Source of the DNA: Clostridia bacterium
GTDB taxonomy: Bacteria; Bacillota; Clostridia; Oscillospirales; CAG-272
Assembly: GCA_017453255.1 (NCBI GenBank)
Contig: JAFTKN010000027.1
Coordinates: forward strand, 4,246-68,245
Direction: 5' to 3'
DNA length: 64,000 bases
The notes under the pieces are model-generated. The model did no database searches and had not been told where the DNA came from. It saw only the letters and a program-made list of their open reading frames with translations. Both the position numbers and the translations under genes were made by a program. Shown here piece by piece: positions 1-9,382 of this stretch (its first letter is position 1; every line of letters begins with the position of its first letter).

Positions 1-1
1 A

Positions 2-808
2 AATGTCGGTGACGTGACAGAAATTGAGCCAGCTTTATCCAATGGCTGTGAGGGAATAGGACTTTTGCGAAGTGAATTTTTATATTTATCAAAAAGCACC
101 TATCCAACTGAAGCACAGCTTTTTTCAGTATATAAGGATATAGCAGAAAAAATGGACGGACGTCGTGTAATTATCAGAACCCTTGATATCGGTGCTGATA
201 AGAAGGCTGATTATTTTAATTTGGAAAATGAGGAAAATCCAGCTCTTGGCTTAAGGGGTATAAGGCTTTGTCTTGAAAGAACTGATGTGTTTAAGACTCA
301 GATAAGAGCAATTTTAAGAGCATCTTACTATGGCAGAGTGGCTATAATGATACCGATGATATGCTGTGAGGACGAAATAATCAAAACAAAGGAGCTAATT
401 GAAAAATGCAAGGCAGAATTAAGAAATGAAAGCTTAATGTTTGATGAAAAAATTGAAATAGGTATAATGATAGAAACGCCAGCATCAGCAATAATGAGTG
501 ATAGACTTAGTAAGCATGTTAATTTTTTCTCTGTTGGTACAAACGATTTAGCTCAATACACCTTAGCTGTTGACAGACAAAACTCTAAGGTTTCTAACCT
601 TTGTGAGCAAAATTATGAGCCTATACTAAGGCTTATTGAAATGTCAGCAAAAGCAATAAAGAAAAAGGGTGGCTGGATTGGTATTTGTGGAGAAATGGCA
701 GCAGATTTAAGCTTGACACAATCCTTTGCCTCTATGGGCATTGATGAGCTGTCTGTTTCAACTCCCTATCTTTTAGGGGTAAGAGGAAAGGTAAGTGAAT
801 GTAAATGA
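2..808 (+). CDS. ptsI: PTS enzyme I (PEP-protein phosphotransferase), 5'-truncated by window edge
   Basis: GIGLLRSEF, RTLDIGADK, ENPALGLRGIR, GIMIETP, SVGTNDL and GICGEMA motifs; frame open from the window start. Confidence 0.96.
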   Translation, partial: NVGDVTEIEPALSNGCEGIGLLRSEFLYLSKSTYPTEAQLFSVYKDIAEKMDGRRVIIRTLDIGADKKADYFNLENEENPALGLRGIRLCLERTDVFKTQIRAILRASYYGRVAIMIPMICCEDEIIKTKELIEKCKAELRNESLMFDEKIEIGIMIETPASAIMSDRLSKHVNFFSVGTNDLAQYTLAVDRQNSKVSNLCEQNYEPILRLIEMSAKAIKKKGGWIGICGEMAADLSLTQSFASMGIDELSVSTPYLLGVRGKVSECK

Positions 809-1260
809 GTATATTTAAAAAGAAGAATACGATATTAAGCCCCTGCGATGGGGAAATTGTTGAATTAAAGAATGTAAAGGATGAGCTATTTTCCTCAGGG
901 CTTTTAGGCTATGGATTTGGGATAAAGCCCACACAGGGTGAGGTATTTTCGCCAATTGATGGAGTAGTAACCAACGCCTTTGACACAGGCCACGCCTATT
1001 CCATAGAGGGTGATGGTATAGAGGTGCTTGTCCATATTGGAATTGACACAGTAGAATTAGACGGAGAGGGCTTTTCGGCAAGAGTCAAGCAGGGCGACAA
1101 GATAAAAAGGCATAGCCCCTTAGCCTACGCAGATTTAGAGCTGATTACCAAAAAAGGCTACGACACAACCACAGTTGTAGTAATTCCAACCGAGCTAAAA
1201 TCACCAAAGCTAAGCTTAGGCAATAAAAAAGCAGGCGAAATAGCAATAGAGTATAGATAA
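805..1260 (+). CDS. crr: PTS glucose-family EIIA component
   Basis: EVLVHIGIDTVELDGEGF signature and TGHAY; overlaps ptsI stop. Confidence 0.92.
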   Translation: MSIFKKKNTILSPCDGEIVELKNVKDELFSSGLLGYGFGIKPTQGEVFSPIDGVVTNAFDTGHAYSIEGDGIEVLVHIGIDTVELDGEGFSARVKQGDKIKRHSPLAYADLELITKKGYDTTTVVVIPTELKSPKLSLGNKKAGEIAIEYR

Positions 1261-1262
1261 AA

Positions 1263-1295
1263 GCAAAAAGGACGAGAAAAGCTCGTCCTTTTTGC
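1263..1295. terminator. Bidirectional intrinsic terminator
   Basis: GCAAAAAGGACGAG-aaaag-CTCGTCCTTTTTGC between convergent genes. Confidence 0.85.
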
Positions 1296-1366
1296 ATATA
1301 TATTATAACATAAAAAAATACATTATACAAGTCTTGTTATATATAAAATAGTGTGTTATTCTTGAA

Positions 1367-1615
1367 TTAAGAGCTAAACTCAAAAAGCTGAAGCATATCT
1401 ACGCCCAAAACCTTTGCAATAATATATACCTCTTTATCGGTAGCGGTACGAATCTGCCCCTCTAACTTTGAATAGCTTGTGGGGTTAATATTAAGTCCTG
1501 CTACTTGAAGCTTAGCGATGAAGTCCTTTTGCTTGATGTTAAGCATTTTACGTAGCCTTTCTACGTTTTTTCCAATCAAGTTACAGTCGCCATAGGTTTG
1601 CTTGCGTATTTTCAT
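1367..1615 (-). CDS. XRE-family HTH transcriptional regulator
   Basis: NLIGKNVERLRK...QKDFIAKLQ...YSKLEGQIR cro/C1-type HTH pattern. Confidence 0.85.
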   Translation of the reverse strand: MKIRKQTYGDCNLIGKNVERLRKMLNIKQKDFIAKLQVAGLNINPTSYSKLEGQIRTATDKEVYIIAKVLGVDMLQLFEFSS

Positions 1616-1635
1616 AGCACATTCCTCAAAAATTA

Positions 1636-1724
1636 ATTCTTTTATGGAATTATATCATTAAAACCCCTTGACAAAATTCCGTATCGGAATTATAATGATA
1701 TTTACCAAGTATCCTTATAGGAAT
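1636..1724 (+). promoter_or_regulatory. SigA promoter of the ABC operon with three palindromic operator-like boxes
   Basis: TTGACA (1668-1673), 17 bp, TATAAT (1691-1696); boxes ATTCT-N5-GGAAT (1636), ATTCC-N5-GGAAT (1676), TATCC-N5-GGAAT (1710). Confidence 0.75.
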
Positions 1725-1747
1725 CTACGAAAGGAGATAACTAAATA

Positions 1748-3574
1748 ATGGAAAAGAAAAAGAAAAACCCCTTTAAGTTGGTAGTGAAAGATACAATGCT
1801 GGCGCTTAAAATTTCCTTTAAATATGCACCATTTGCCTGTATAGTTATGCTTCTTTCATATCTTCTTTCAAGTATTATGTATTTTGTGTCAGGAACATAT
1901 GCGCTAAAATACATAATTGATTCAGTAGGAGTAAGAGATTTTAAAGAGGTTGCTATTCAAACAACGCTTTTAGTGTTAATTCCTGCAATAGTTCAGTTAA
2001 TCATTGATACGATAGTTGATTTTGCTTGGAATGTAGGCACAATAAAAATATGCAAGGTTGTGGATAAAAGCATATTTGAAAAAAACATAAGCGTGGAGCT
2101 TGCTTGCTTTGAAAATCCTGAATTTTATGATAAATATGTTAAGGCATCAACGGAAACAACAAGTCACATATTTGGTATTACAACAACAGTATTTTATTTT
2201 TGCTATACAATATTAAATACATGTCTATATGGTAGTATATTATTTACAATGGACCCTGTGTTTATTATTTTTGCAATTATTCCACTTTTCGGATCGTTTT
2301 TTAAGAAAAAGAGTAATGAGCTATGGCATAAGCATTCAACAGAGGATAAGCTTCTGCATAGAAGATGCAAATATGTTCAAAGAGTTTTTTATTCAAGCGA
2401 TTACGCAAAGGAAATGCGTCTTACTAATTCAAAATCGTTTATGCTTAAAAAGTATGATGAGGCATCTGACGGCAGAATGGATATAGTTAAAAAATATGGC
2501 AAAAAGGAAATGCTACTTGATATTATAGGAAACAAAATATCAAGCATTTTGGCAAATCCCTTAGCCATAGCCTATGCAGTATATTCTGCTTTGGTGGGCT
2601 TCCCTTGGGGAGCAAGACTAACATTAGGTGGCTGTGCAGTAGTTATCAACTCAGTTTCTGAGCTTTCTAATTCATTTATTCAAATAACAAATCAATATTA
2701 TAGGCTACACGAAAAATCCTTATTTATTGAGGACTATAAGGAATTTATGAGCTATGAGCCGAAAATTAAAGATAATGAAAGCTCAATAAGTGCAAAAAAA
2801 GGAAAGCTAAAGCTGGAAAATGTGTCCTTCAAGTATTTCGGTAGTGATGAATATGCCCTAAAGAATATTAATATAGAGATTAACGAAAATGAAAAAATCG
2901 CCCTTGTAGGACATAATGGTGCAGGCAAGAGCACTCTTATTAAGTTGCTTTTGAGATTATATGATACAGACGAGGGAAAAATCACTCTTGACGGTATTGA
3001 CATAAAGGACGTAAGGCTGAAGGAATATAGGGATTTATTCAGCGTTGTATTTCAGGATTTTAAGCTGATTGCGTTGCCTGTTTTGGAAAACGTGCTTATG
3101 CGACCAGTGCGTGAGGGGGATAGAGAAAGAGTAATAGATGCTCTAAAAATGAGTGGCGTATATGAACGAATAATGGAGCTTAAGGATAAGGAAGATACCC
3201 TGCTTACCAAAGAATTTACAAAGGATGGAGCAGTTTTATCAGTGGGTGAGGGACAAAAAATTGCTATCGCACACGCATTTTTAAAAAGCTCTCCATATAT
3301 AATCTTAGATGAACCAACCTCGGCGCTTGACCCTGTGGCAGAAAGTGAAATGTATTCAAATATGCTTAAAATGGGCAAGGGCAAGGGAATGGTGTTTATT
3401 TCCCATAGACTTTCGAGTGCTGTATCAGCCGATAAAATATATATGATGGAAAAAGGCGAGATTATCGAAAGTGGTACACACAAGGAGCTTATGGAGCTAA
3501 ACGGAAAATATGCAGATATGTTTAAAAAGCAAGCGCAGAATTACGTAGATTTAGAGGGTGAGGTGGTAAAATGA
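1748..3574 (+). CDS. ABC exporter, fused permease/ATP-binding subunit
   Basis: N-terminal TM helices; GHNGAGKS; degenerate signature LSVGE; ILDEPTS; AAAGGAG RBS. Confidence 0.92.
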   Translation: MEKKKKNPFKLVVKDTMLALKISFKYAPFACIVMLLSYLLSSIMYFVSGTYALKYIIDSVGVRDFKEVAIQTTLLVLIPAIVQLIIDTIVDFAWNVGTIKICKVVDKSIFEKNISVELACFENPEFYDKYVKASTETTSHIFGITTTVFYFCYTILNTCLYGSILFTMDPVFIIFAIIPLFGSFFKKKSNELWHKHSTEDKLLHRRCKYVQRVFYSSDYAKEMRLTNSKSFMLKKYDEASDGRMDIVKKYGKKEMLLDIIGNKISSILANPLAIAYAVYSALVGFPWGARLTLGGCAVVINSVSELSNSFIQITNQYYRLHEKSLFIEDYKEFMSYEPKIKDNESSISAKKGKLKLENVSFKYFGSDEYALKNINIEINENEKIALVGHNGAGKSTLIKLLLRLYDTDEGKITLDGIDIKDVRLKEYRDLFSVVFQDFKLIALPVLENVLMRPVREGDRERVIDALKMSGVYERIMELKDKEDTLLTKEFTKDGAVLSVGEGQKIAIAHAFLKSSPYIILDEPTSALDPVAESEMYSNMLKMGKGKGMVFISHRLSSAVSADKIYMMEKGEIIESGTHKELMELNGKYADMFKKQAQNYVDLEGEVVK

Positions 3575-5355
3575 AAAAGGAAAAAATACCATTTAAAAAA
3601 TCCTTTAAAAACAATCTGTTCATTTTATCATTAGCCTTTAAAAGTGACAAGGTTATGGTTATTATGCGTCTTGTTATGGGATTTTTTACAGGACTAAATC
3701 ATGGTGCTTCAGTATTTTTCATAAGCAAAATATTAAATGCACTTGATAGCGGAGAAAAAATAGAGTATATAATGCTTTTAATTGGTTTGATGGCGCTATA
3801 TACTCTTGCATATGAGCTGTTTTTTGCTTGGTATTACAAGCTTCTTTTCCCGACGAGAAAGCTTAATTTTATAAGACTTGTTCATAAGAGCTTTTTTGTT
3901 AAAGCAAGTGATATAGACCTATCCTGCTACGATACTACTGATTTTTATAATGATTTTATTTATTCCATGCAAAATTGTGATAAAAGCATTACAAATACAG
4001 TTGACCAGCTGGGAGATTTGATAAGATCTATAGTAGCATCAAGCTCTGTCTTTGCAGTTGTTGCGACAATTGATATATGGGTTGCTCTTGTAATATTGGG
4101 TGCAAGCTTTGTAAATATGATACTAAGGCTTATTCAGAACGGAGTTTATTACAAATATAACTTGGAAATGAATGAGATTTATAGAAAGCAGTGGTATATT
4201 GAAAAGTTTTTCTCCCTTTCAGATTACGCAAAGGAAATAAGGCTTACTGATATTTCAAAAAATATATTGAATGAATATGATCGTAACGTGGAAAAGGAAC
4301 GCAAAGAGGCTATAAAAATGAACCTAAAGGCAAGGGTTGTAGAAACCTTTACCACAATTTTGGGGCATGGCTTGACTATATTCATATTGATATATATGGC
4401 ATATGGACTATTTAAAGGTGACGGAAGTGTTTTAATAGGTGGCTTTACTGCTACAATTACTGCTTCGTGGAAGCTTAGAAATCTTATCTATGATATTCAA
4501 AGCAAATTTGTTGAAATGAATAAGGATTCACTGTTTGCTGATAAGATAAGAACCTTTTTAGAAACAGAATCTAAAATAAAGTCAGGAGAAATTTTGCTCG
4601 ATAGCTTTGATAGTCTTGAATTTAAAAACGTGTCATTTGCTTATGATAAGGAAAACGTACTTAGTAATGTAAGCTTTAAGGTAAGCAAGGGAGAAAGAAT
4701 AGCATTTGTAGGCTATAACGGAGCAGGAAAGACAACGGCAACAAAGCTGATTATGCGTCTTTATGATGTAACTGATGGCGAAATACTTATTAATAATATA
4801 AACATTAAAGAATACGATTTAAAAAGCCTTAGAGAAAAAATGGGTGCAGTTTTTCAGGATTACCAAGTGTTTTCTGCTACGGTTGCTGAAAACGTATTAG
4901 GAGATGTTTATACAGAGGAAAAACAAAATACTGTAATATCTGCCCTTAATGATAGCACCTTCGGAGAAAAGCTAAGTGATTTAAAGAACGGAATTAACAC
5001 AGAGCTAACAAGAGAGTTTTACGACACAGGTACGAACCTTTCAGGTGGAGAAAATCAAAAAATTGCTATAGCAAGGGTGTTTGCGCATAATAGCGAACTG
5101 CTCATAATGGACGAGCCGTCAAGTGCACTTGACCCAATAGCTGAATATAATTTGAATTTGGGTATTGATAAAAACGCAAGTGAAAAAACAGTTATATTTA
5201 TAACCCACCGCCTTTCTACTACAAGGCATGTTGATAGGATTTATATGCTTGAAAAGGGAAGGATAATTGAAAGTGGCTCTCATGATGAGCTTATTTCTCA
5301 AAACGGCAAATATGCCTATATGTTTAACCTACAAGCGCAAAAATATAAGATTTAA
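3571..5355 (+). CDS. ABC exporter, fused permease/ATP-binding subunit (likely heterodimer partner)
   Basis: TM domain; GYNGAGKT; LSGGENQK; MDEPSS; ATGA overlap with previous gene. Confidence 0.92.
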   Translation: MKKEKIPFKKSFKNNLFILSLAFKSDKVMVIMRLVMGFFTGLNHGASVFFISKILNALDSGEKIEYIMLLIGLMALYTLAYELFFAWYYKLLFPTRKLNFIRLVHKSFFVKASDIDLSCYDTTDFYNDFIYSMQNCDKSITNTVDQLGDLIRSIVASSSVFAVVATIDIWVALVILGASFVNMILRLIQNGVYYKYNLEMNEIYRKQWYIEKFFSLSDYAKEIRLTDISKNILNEYDRNVEKERKEAIKMNLKARVVETFTTILGHGLTIFILIYMAYGLFKGDGSVLIGGFTATITASWKLRNLIYDIQSKFVEMNKDSLFADKIRTFLETESKIKSGEILLDSFDSLEFKNVSFAYDKENVLSNVSFKVSKGERIAFVGYNGAGKTTATKLIMRLYDVTDGEILINNINIKEYDLKSLREKMGAVFQDYQVFSATVAENVLGDVYTEEKQNTVISALNDSTFGEKLSDLKNGINTELTREFYDTGTNLSGGENQKIAIARVFAHNSELLIMDEPSSALDPIAEYNLNLGIDKNASEKTVIFITHRLSTTRHVDRIYMLEKGRIIESGSHDELISQNGKYAYMFNLQAQKYKI

Positions 5356-5373
5356 ACCTCCTATATTTTCGCA

Positions 5374-5540
5374 AAAAATGGGCTGTTGCATTAGCGACAG
5401 CCCATTTTTAGGGGATAGTGAAATGAGTGCAGAAGACGTGAACTCGCAAACGTAGGCGTACTTCGTACGATAGAGTGCGAGTTCGCGCCTAAAAAACAGA
5501 CATAAAAAAGAGGAGATGTTGCAATTTTTTGCAACATCTC
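5374..5540. repeat. Three stacked hairpins (terminator plus possible MITE-like relic)
   Basis: AAAAATGGGCTGTTGC/GCGACAGCCCATTTTT; GAACTCGCA/TGCGAGTTC enclosing CGTAC-TTC-GTACG; GAGATGTTGCAA/TTGCAACATCTC. Confidence 0.55.
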
Positions 5541-5613
5541 GACATTATTTTTTACTAAAAATACAATTTTATTTAGCTTTTTAGTTTTAGGAGTGTCTGT
5601 TTTTGTTCTGTGC

Positions 5614-7527
5614 TTATTGCAACATTCCCTTTTCTATTAGCAATTTGTGATAATAATAAATAGGAATCGAGCTCCAGCCATGACAAAGGCTTCCAGCATT
5701 ATCAAAGGCGCTTGCACCCTCGATGGTTTCCCAAACTGTGCCTGTTTCTACCATTTTTAAGTAGTCGCTTTTGATAGAGCTTAGAACAAAGCTCTTATAT
5801 TTTTCCACATCTTGATTTAAAAGTCCATCATAGGTAAAGCATTTAACAGAAAGGGAAATTTCTGTTATATCATCACCTGTAAGATAGCTTGCTATTTTTT
5901 CATTTTCTTCCTTAGTAAAAATATCGGTTAAAAGAGCAAGTGAGCAGGCAAGAGTGCTAACCTCTCGGTTTTCTAAGCTATAAGTGATAAGACCATTTTC
6001 TTTAATCAAAAATGAGCTCCTTATAGATTCCTTTAAGATAGCTAAAGCCTCAGAAAAATCAAAAATAAGGGAGCACGTGTCGCAAATTTCCTTATAATGA
6101 TTAATAGCTCTGTAGGCAAGAAGGTTTAAAATTGCACTTGGTGATTTGTCACCACCATCATGTCCCCTTGACCAGTCATAGAAGTTCCAATAACAATCTC
6201 CTAAAAAGGAATTAATCAAGCCATTTTCCATATTATTTAAAAAAGCATTAATCAAGCTCTTAGCCTTATTTTCAACCTCATATATTAGAGCTTTATCCTT
6301 CGAGTAGATAAGGTATTCATAAAGAGCAGTAATGTAGTGTAGGGAAAAGGATGGAATAGTTAAATCAATACCACAGGGGAAGCAAATTGAAAGTAAATTG
6401 TCACTTCTTTCGTCCTTGCTTGCAAGGAGTAAATTTGCCCTTGCGTATTCAAAATTACCATTTTCAAAGGCAAAATAGCCACAAAGCATTTGATTGCGTG
6501 AATCAAAGGCATACAGGCATTGCTCACGCCAAGGGCAATCAACATAATGCTCCATCATGCAAAGCTTTAGCGTGTTTACACAGGCATCATATATCCTTTT
6601 TTCATCACCCGACAAAAAGTCTATTTTTCTTTCGTTTGCTGGATAGTATTGAGGAATAAGACCTATTTTTTCTAAAAACACCTTACCCTGTGTATTAATT
6701 TCTAAATATCTACAGGCAAGCCTTAGCATATAATGGGTAAATTCATTTTTACCCTCTTTAGCTATGTAGTCAATGCTGAAATCTCTGTCACCGATTTTTC
6801 TCGGAACAAAGCCATTTACTAAATGCTCACCATAGGAAATATTAATTTCCTCTTTACCATTTGAAATAAGTACAAAGGATAAAAGTCCTACATATTCCTT
6901 GCCTAAATCTACTAAAATTCTGTTTTTGCTTTCGTAAATAACCTTACCAGAAACAAAATCGCCAAGCCTTAGCCCTTTTATTGGTCTGGGATAAAAAACT
7001 GATTTTTTAGACACAGGGTGCGCTTTTTTAAAGCCATCACCTTCTCCAATGGTCCAATTATCCTCTTTTCCTGCATCATATCTGTAGCTAAAGCCGAGCT
7101 GAGAGGAGATTTTTCTTTCAAAGCCACTTGTGTATGCCTTGCTTTCTCTTACTAATATATCCTCACAGCTTACCAAAAGCTCGTTTTCCTCGTTTAATAT
7201 TTCAAAAATCAAGCCAGCCTTGAATTTTTTGTATCTTTGCGTGTCCTTACCAAAATGCCACACAAGACAAGCAAAATGGTTCTTACCCTTAACTAAGAAA
7301 TCAGTTATATCAATAGTGTCATAGCACTTAAAGCCTTCAAAATCGCCATATTGATTGGAGCTTACATATTTTCCGTTAATAAAAAGAGTGTAATCTGAGT
7401 CACAGGATAGATTTATTTTTACATTTCCTAAATCGTAATTAAAGGAAGAATAAGCTTCTAAAAAGCTATTTTCCGATTCACTTTCAAGCCAAATATATTT
7501 TGAATTTTCAAAAGCCACAATAGTCAC
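5614..7527 (-). CDS. Alpha-L-rhamnosidase-like glycoside hydrolase (GH78)
   Basis: YVDCPWREQ, GTVWET and SLCHGWS motifs; no signal peptide. Confidence 0.88.
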   Translation of the reverse strand: MTIVAFENSKYIWLESESENSFLEAYSSFNYDLGNVKINLSCDSDYTLFINGKYVSSNQYGDFEGFKCYDTIDITDFLVKGKNHFACLVWHFGKDTQRYKKFKAGLIFEILNEENELLVSCEDILVRESKAYTSGFERKISSQLGFSYRYDAGKEDNWTIGEGDGFKKAHPVSKKSVFYPRPIKGLRLGDFVSGKVIYESKNRILVDLGKEYVGLLSFVLISNGKEEINISYGEHLVNGFVPRKIGDRDFSIDYIAKEGKNEFTHYMLRLACRYLEINTQGKVFLEKIGLIPQYYPANERKIDFLSGDEKRIYDACVNTLKLCMMEHYVDCPWREQCLYAFDSRNQMLCGYFAFENGNFEYARANLLLASKDERSDNLLSICFPCGIDLTIPSFSLHYITALYEYLIYSKDKALIYEVENKAKSLINAFLNNMENGLINSFLGDCYWNFYDWSRGHDGGDKSPSAILNLLAYRAINHYKEICDTCSLIFDFSEALAILKESIRSSFLIKENGLITYSLENREVSTLACSLALLTDIFTKEENEKIASYLTGDDITEISLSVKCFTYDGLLNQDVEKYKSFVLSSIKSDYLKMVETGTVWETIEGASAFDNAGSLCHGWSSIPIYYYHKLLIEKGMLQ

Positions 7528-7587
7528 CTGCCTTCTTAACTATTTTATCATATAAAAAATGAGGATACAAGTCCTCTTTAAAAAACA

Positions 7588-7610
7588 AAGGCGTATTTTA
7601 AATACGCCTT
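7588..7610 (-). terminator. Intrinsic terminator
   Basis: AAGGCGTATT-tta-AATACGCCTT with T-rich tail on the minus strand. Confidence 0.7.
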
Positions 7611-7621
7611 AATATGTCATC

Positions 7622-7852
7622 TTAGTTGTTTTCAAGCCATTCCTTAGCAACCTTTGCGCTCATTCTCTTGATATCCTCTTTAGGATGAATGGAGTCTAAG
7701 CCACCGTTAGTGTAAAGGAAATAATTTCCTTCAGCTGTTATGTATAGAGTTTCCTCATATCCATCGCTATCACCAAAATTACCAAAGGTAACCTTTTTTA
7801 CAATTTCTGATGCGTCTGTGTCATAAAGCTTTTTACAAATAACCTTTTGCAT
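7622..7852 (-). CDS. Small conserved hypothetical protein (K..YDT...ETLY...YFLY..GG type)
   Basis: GGAAGGAG RBS before ATG at 7852; own terminator. Confidence 0.75.
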   Translation of the reverse strand: MQKVICKKLYDTDASEIVKKVTFGNFGDSDGYEETLYITAEGNYFLYTNGGLDSIHPKEDIKRMSAKVAKEWLENN

Positions 7853-7933
7853 AATTGAATCTCCTTCCAAATTTATTTACACAAAAATAATAACATAAAT
7901 CATTTATTTTGTCAACGATTATATTTTGGAAAC

Positions 7934-8662
7934 TCAGTCAATATTCTCAACCTCAAATTCAGCCTCAACATTTGTTCTTCCGTCCTCAAGAACTGAACGC
8001 ATAAAATATTTTCCGTCAGTATATGCAACATATATCTTTAAGTTGTCACCGAGCTTTGCTTCATTTGCAAATGTGATAGCAAAGGATTTAATAATCTTCT
8101 TTTCAGGCTTTGGTAAGCAGTTATATAGCATATCGGGGTATTTTGAGTTGTTCATATGATGATTTATGTCGATATCTGTATATCTTACAGTATATTCACC
8201 GACTAAGGAAAGAACAACCTCACGTGGAATACGTACCTTAACAGGCTTTTCAAGTGTTAATGGTGCTTCTGGCTCATAATTAGACAAATCAACCTCGCTT
8301 ATTTTCACAAGCCTCTTGTCAACTGTAGAAACAAGTGCCCAAGTAGCTAATGCCTCACCGATAAGCTCACCATCTCTATGTAGCTCGTAGGAACGAAGGG
8401 TAGTAAAGCCCTTGTTATTATTATCAGCCCAGGTTTTAACTGTGATTTTTTCATATGGATAGATAGGGTAGTAAAGCTCAACCCTCATAGAGCTTAAAAT
8501 AAAAGCCTTACCCTGTTCAACAAGCTCCTCATATGAAGGCCTACATTCCTTCATTTGACGCATAGCAGTTTCTTGAAAAAGCACAAATGTATTTGAAATA
8601 CCGAGCATATCATTGGTATTGGTATCGTAATACTTTATATCATAGGATTCTTCCCATTTCAT
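7934..8662 (-). CDS. Acyl-ACP thioesterase
   Basis: VRYTDIDINHHMNNSKY motif, double hot-dog size; GGAGG RBS places start at 8662. Confidence 0.9.
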   Translation of the reverse strand: MKWEESYDIKYYDTNTNDMLGISNTFVLFQETAMRQMKECRPSYEELVEQGKAFILSSMRVELYYPIYPYEKITVKTWADNNNKGFTTLRSYELHRDGELIGEALATWALVSTVDKRLVKISEVDLSNYEPEAPLTLEKPVKVRIPREVVLSLVGEYTVRYTDIDINHHMNNSKYPDMLYNCLPKPEKKIIKSFAITFANEAKLGDNLKIYVAYTDGKYFMRSVLEDGRTNVEAEFEVENID

Positions 8663-8745
8663 AATAATAACCTCCAAAAATCAATAATAGTATTTTAACA
8701 CCAAACATTTTATATTTCAAGTATTAAATAAAAATAAACAAAAAG

Positions 8746-8775
8746 GGGAATTTTGTAAAAAAATACAAAATTCCC
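8746..8775 (-). terminator. Intrinsic terminator after mazF
   Basis: GGGAATTTTGTA/TACAAAATTCCC followed by T-run on the minus strand. Confidence 0.7.
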
Positions 8776-8781
8776 TAAAAA

Positions 8782-9219
8782 CTAAATTAGAACATTTCCC
8801 ATTCCGTCGGAGGTAGGAATGTTGGTAGAAAACGCAACATAAGAGTCATTTACGTTTTCCTGCCTTACACCTGAGGACAAGCCAAAGGAAACTGTAATAG
8901 CATCATTGACCTCGTTCATTGTTGAATCGTCAAGATGCCCCATTTTCTCCTTAAGCCTTGTTTTATCAAGCGTTCGTATCTGCTCAAGCAAAATAACAGA
9001 ATCCTTCATTAAGCCAACCTTATCGGCAAAGACATCGATATGAGTTGGTAGCCTTGTTTTAGACATTTTGCTTGTAATAGCTGCTGCAATAACAGTTGGG
9101 CTATATTTATTTCCAACATCGTTTTGAACGATTAGAACAGGACGAAGACCACCCTGCTCAGAGCCAACAACAGGACTCAAATCTGCGTAAAAAATATCTC
9201 CACGTCTTATGTTATTCAA
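8782..9219 (-). CDS. mazF: PemK/MazF-family endoribonuclease (EndoA-like), no adjacent antitoxin
   Basis: [30 protein letters not shown] and [10 protein letters not shown]; GGAGTGA RBS before TTG at 9219. Confidence 0.93.
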   Translation of the reverse strand: MNNIRRGDIFYADLSPVVGSEQGGLRPVLIVQNDVGNKYSPTVIAAAITSKMSKTRLPTHIDVFADKVGLMKDSVILLEQIRTLDKTRLKEKMGHLDDSTMNEVNDAITVSFGLSSGVRQENVNDSYVAFSTNIPTSDGMGNVLI

Positions 9220-9291
9220 AAAATCACTCCAAACCAAAAAATTAATCAGCCACTAAGTCCATATTCAAATCGGCTATATGTAGCTGATACT

Positions 9292-9320
9292 ATTATTGTC
9301 CAAAAAGACGCACTTTAAAC
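9292..9320 (-). promoter_or_regulatory. Putative SigF/SigG-type promoter of mazF
   Basis: Minus strand GTTTA-N14-GGACAATAAT, same spacing as the site upstream of spoIIR. Confidence 0.45.
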
Positions 9321-9352
9321 TTCCTTTACTAACATTTTATGCAAAAATAAAA

Positions 9353-9377
9353 AGAGTGAGCAAAATTTGCTCACTCT
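9353..9377 (-). terminator. Intrinsic terminator
   Basis: AGAGTGAGCAAA-a-TTTGCTCACTCT plus T-tail on the minus strand. Confidence 0.75.
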
Positions 9378-9382
9378 AAATA

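Noticed and set aside
9220-9352. Hidden mazE antitoxin upstream of mazF
   Set aside because: The space is too short and contains no ORF with an RBS.
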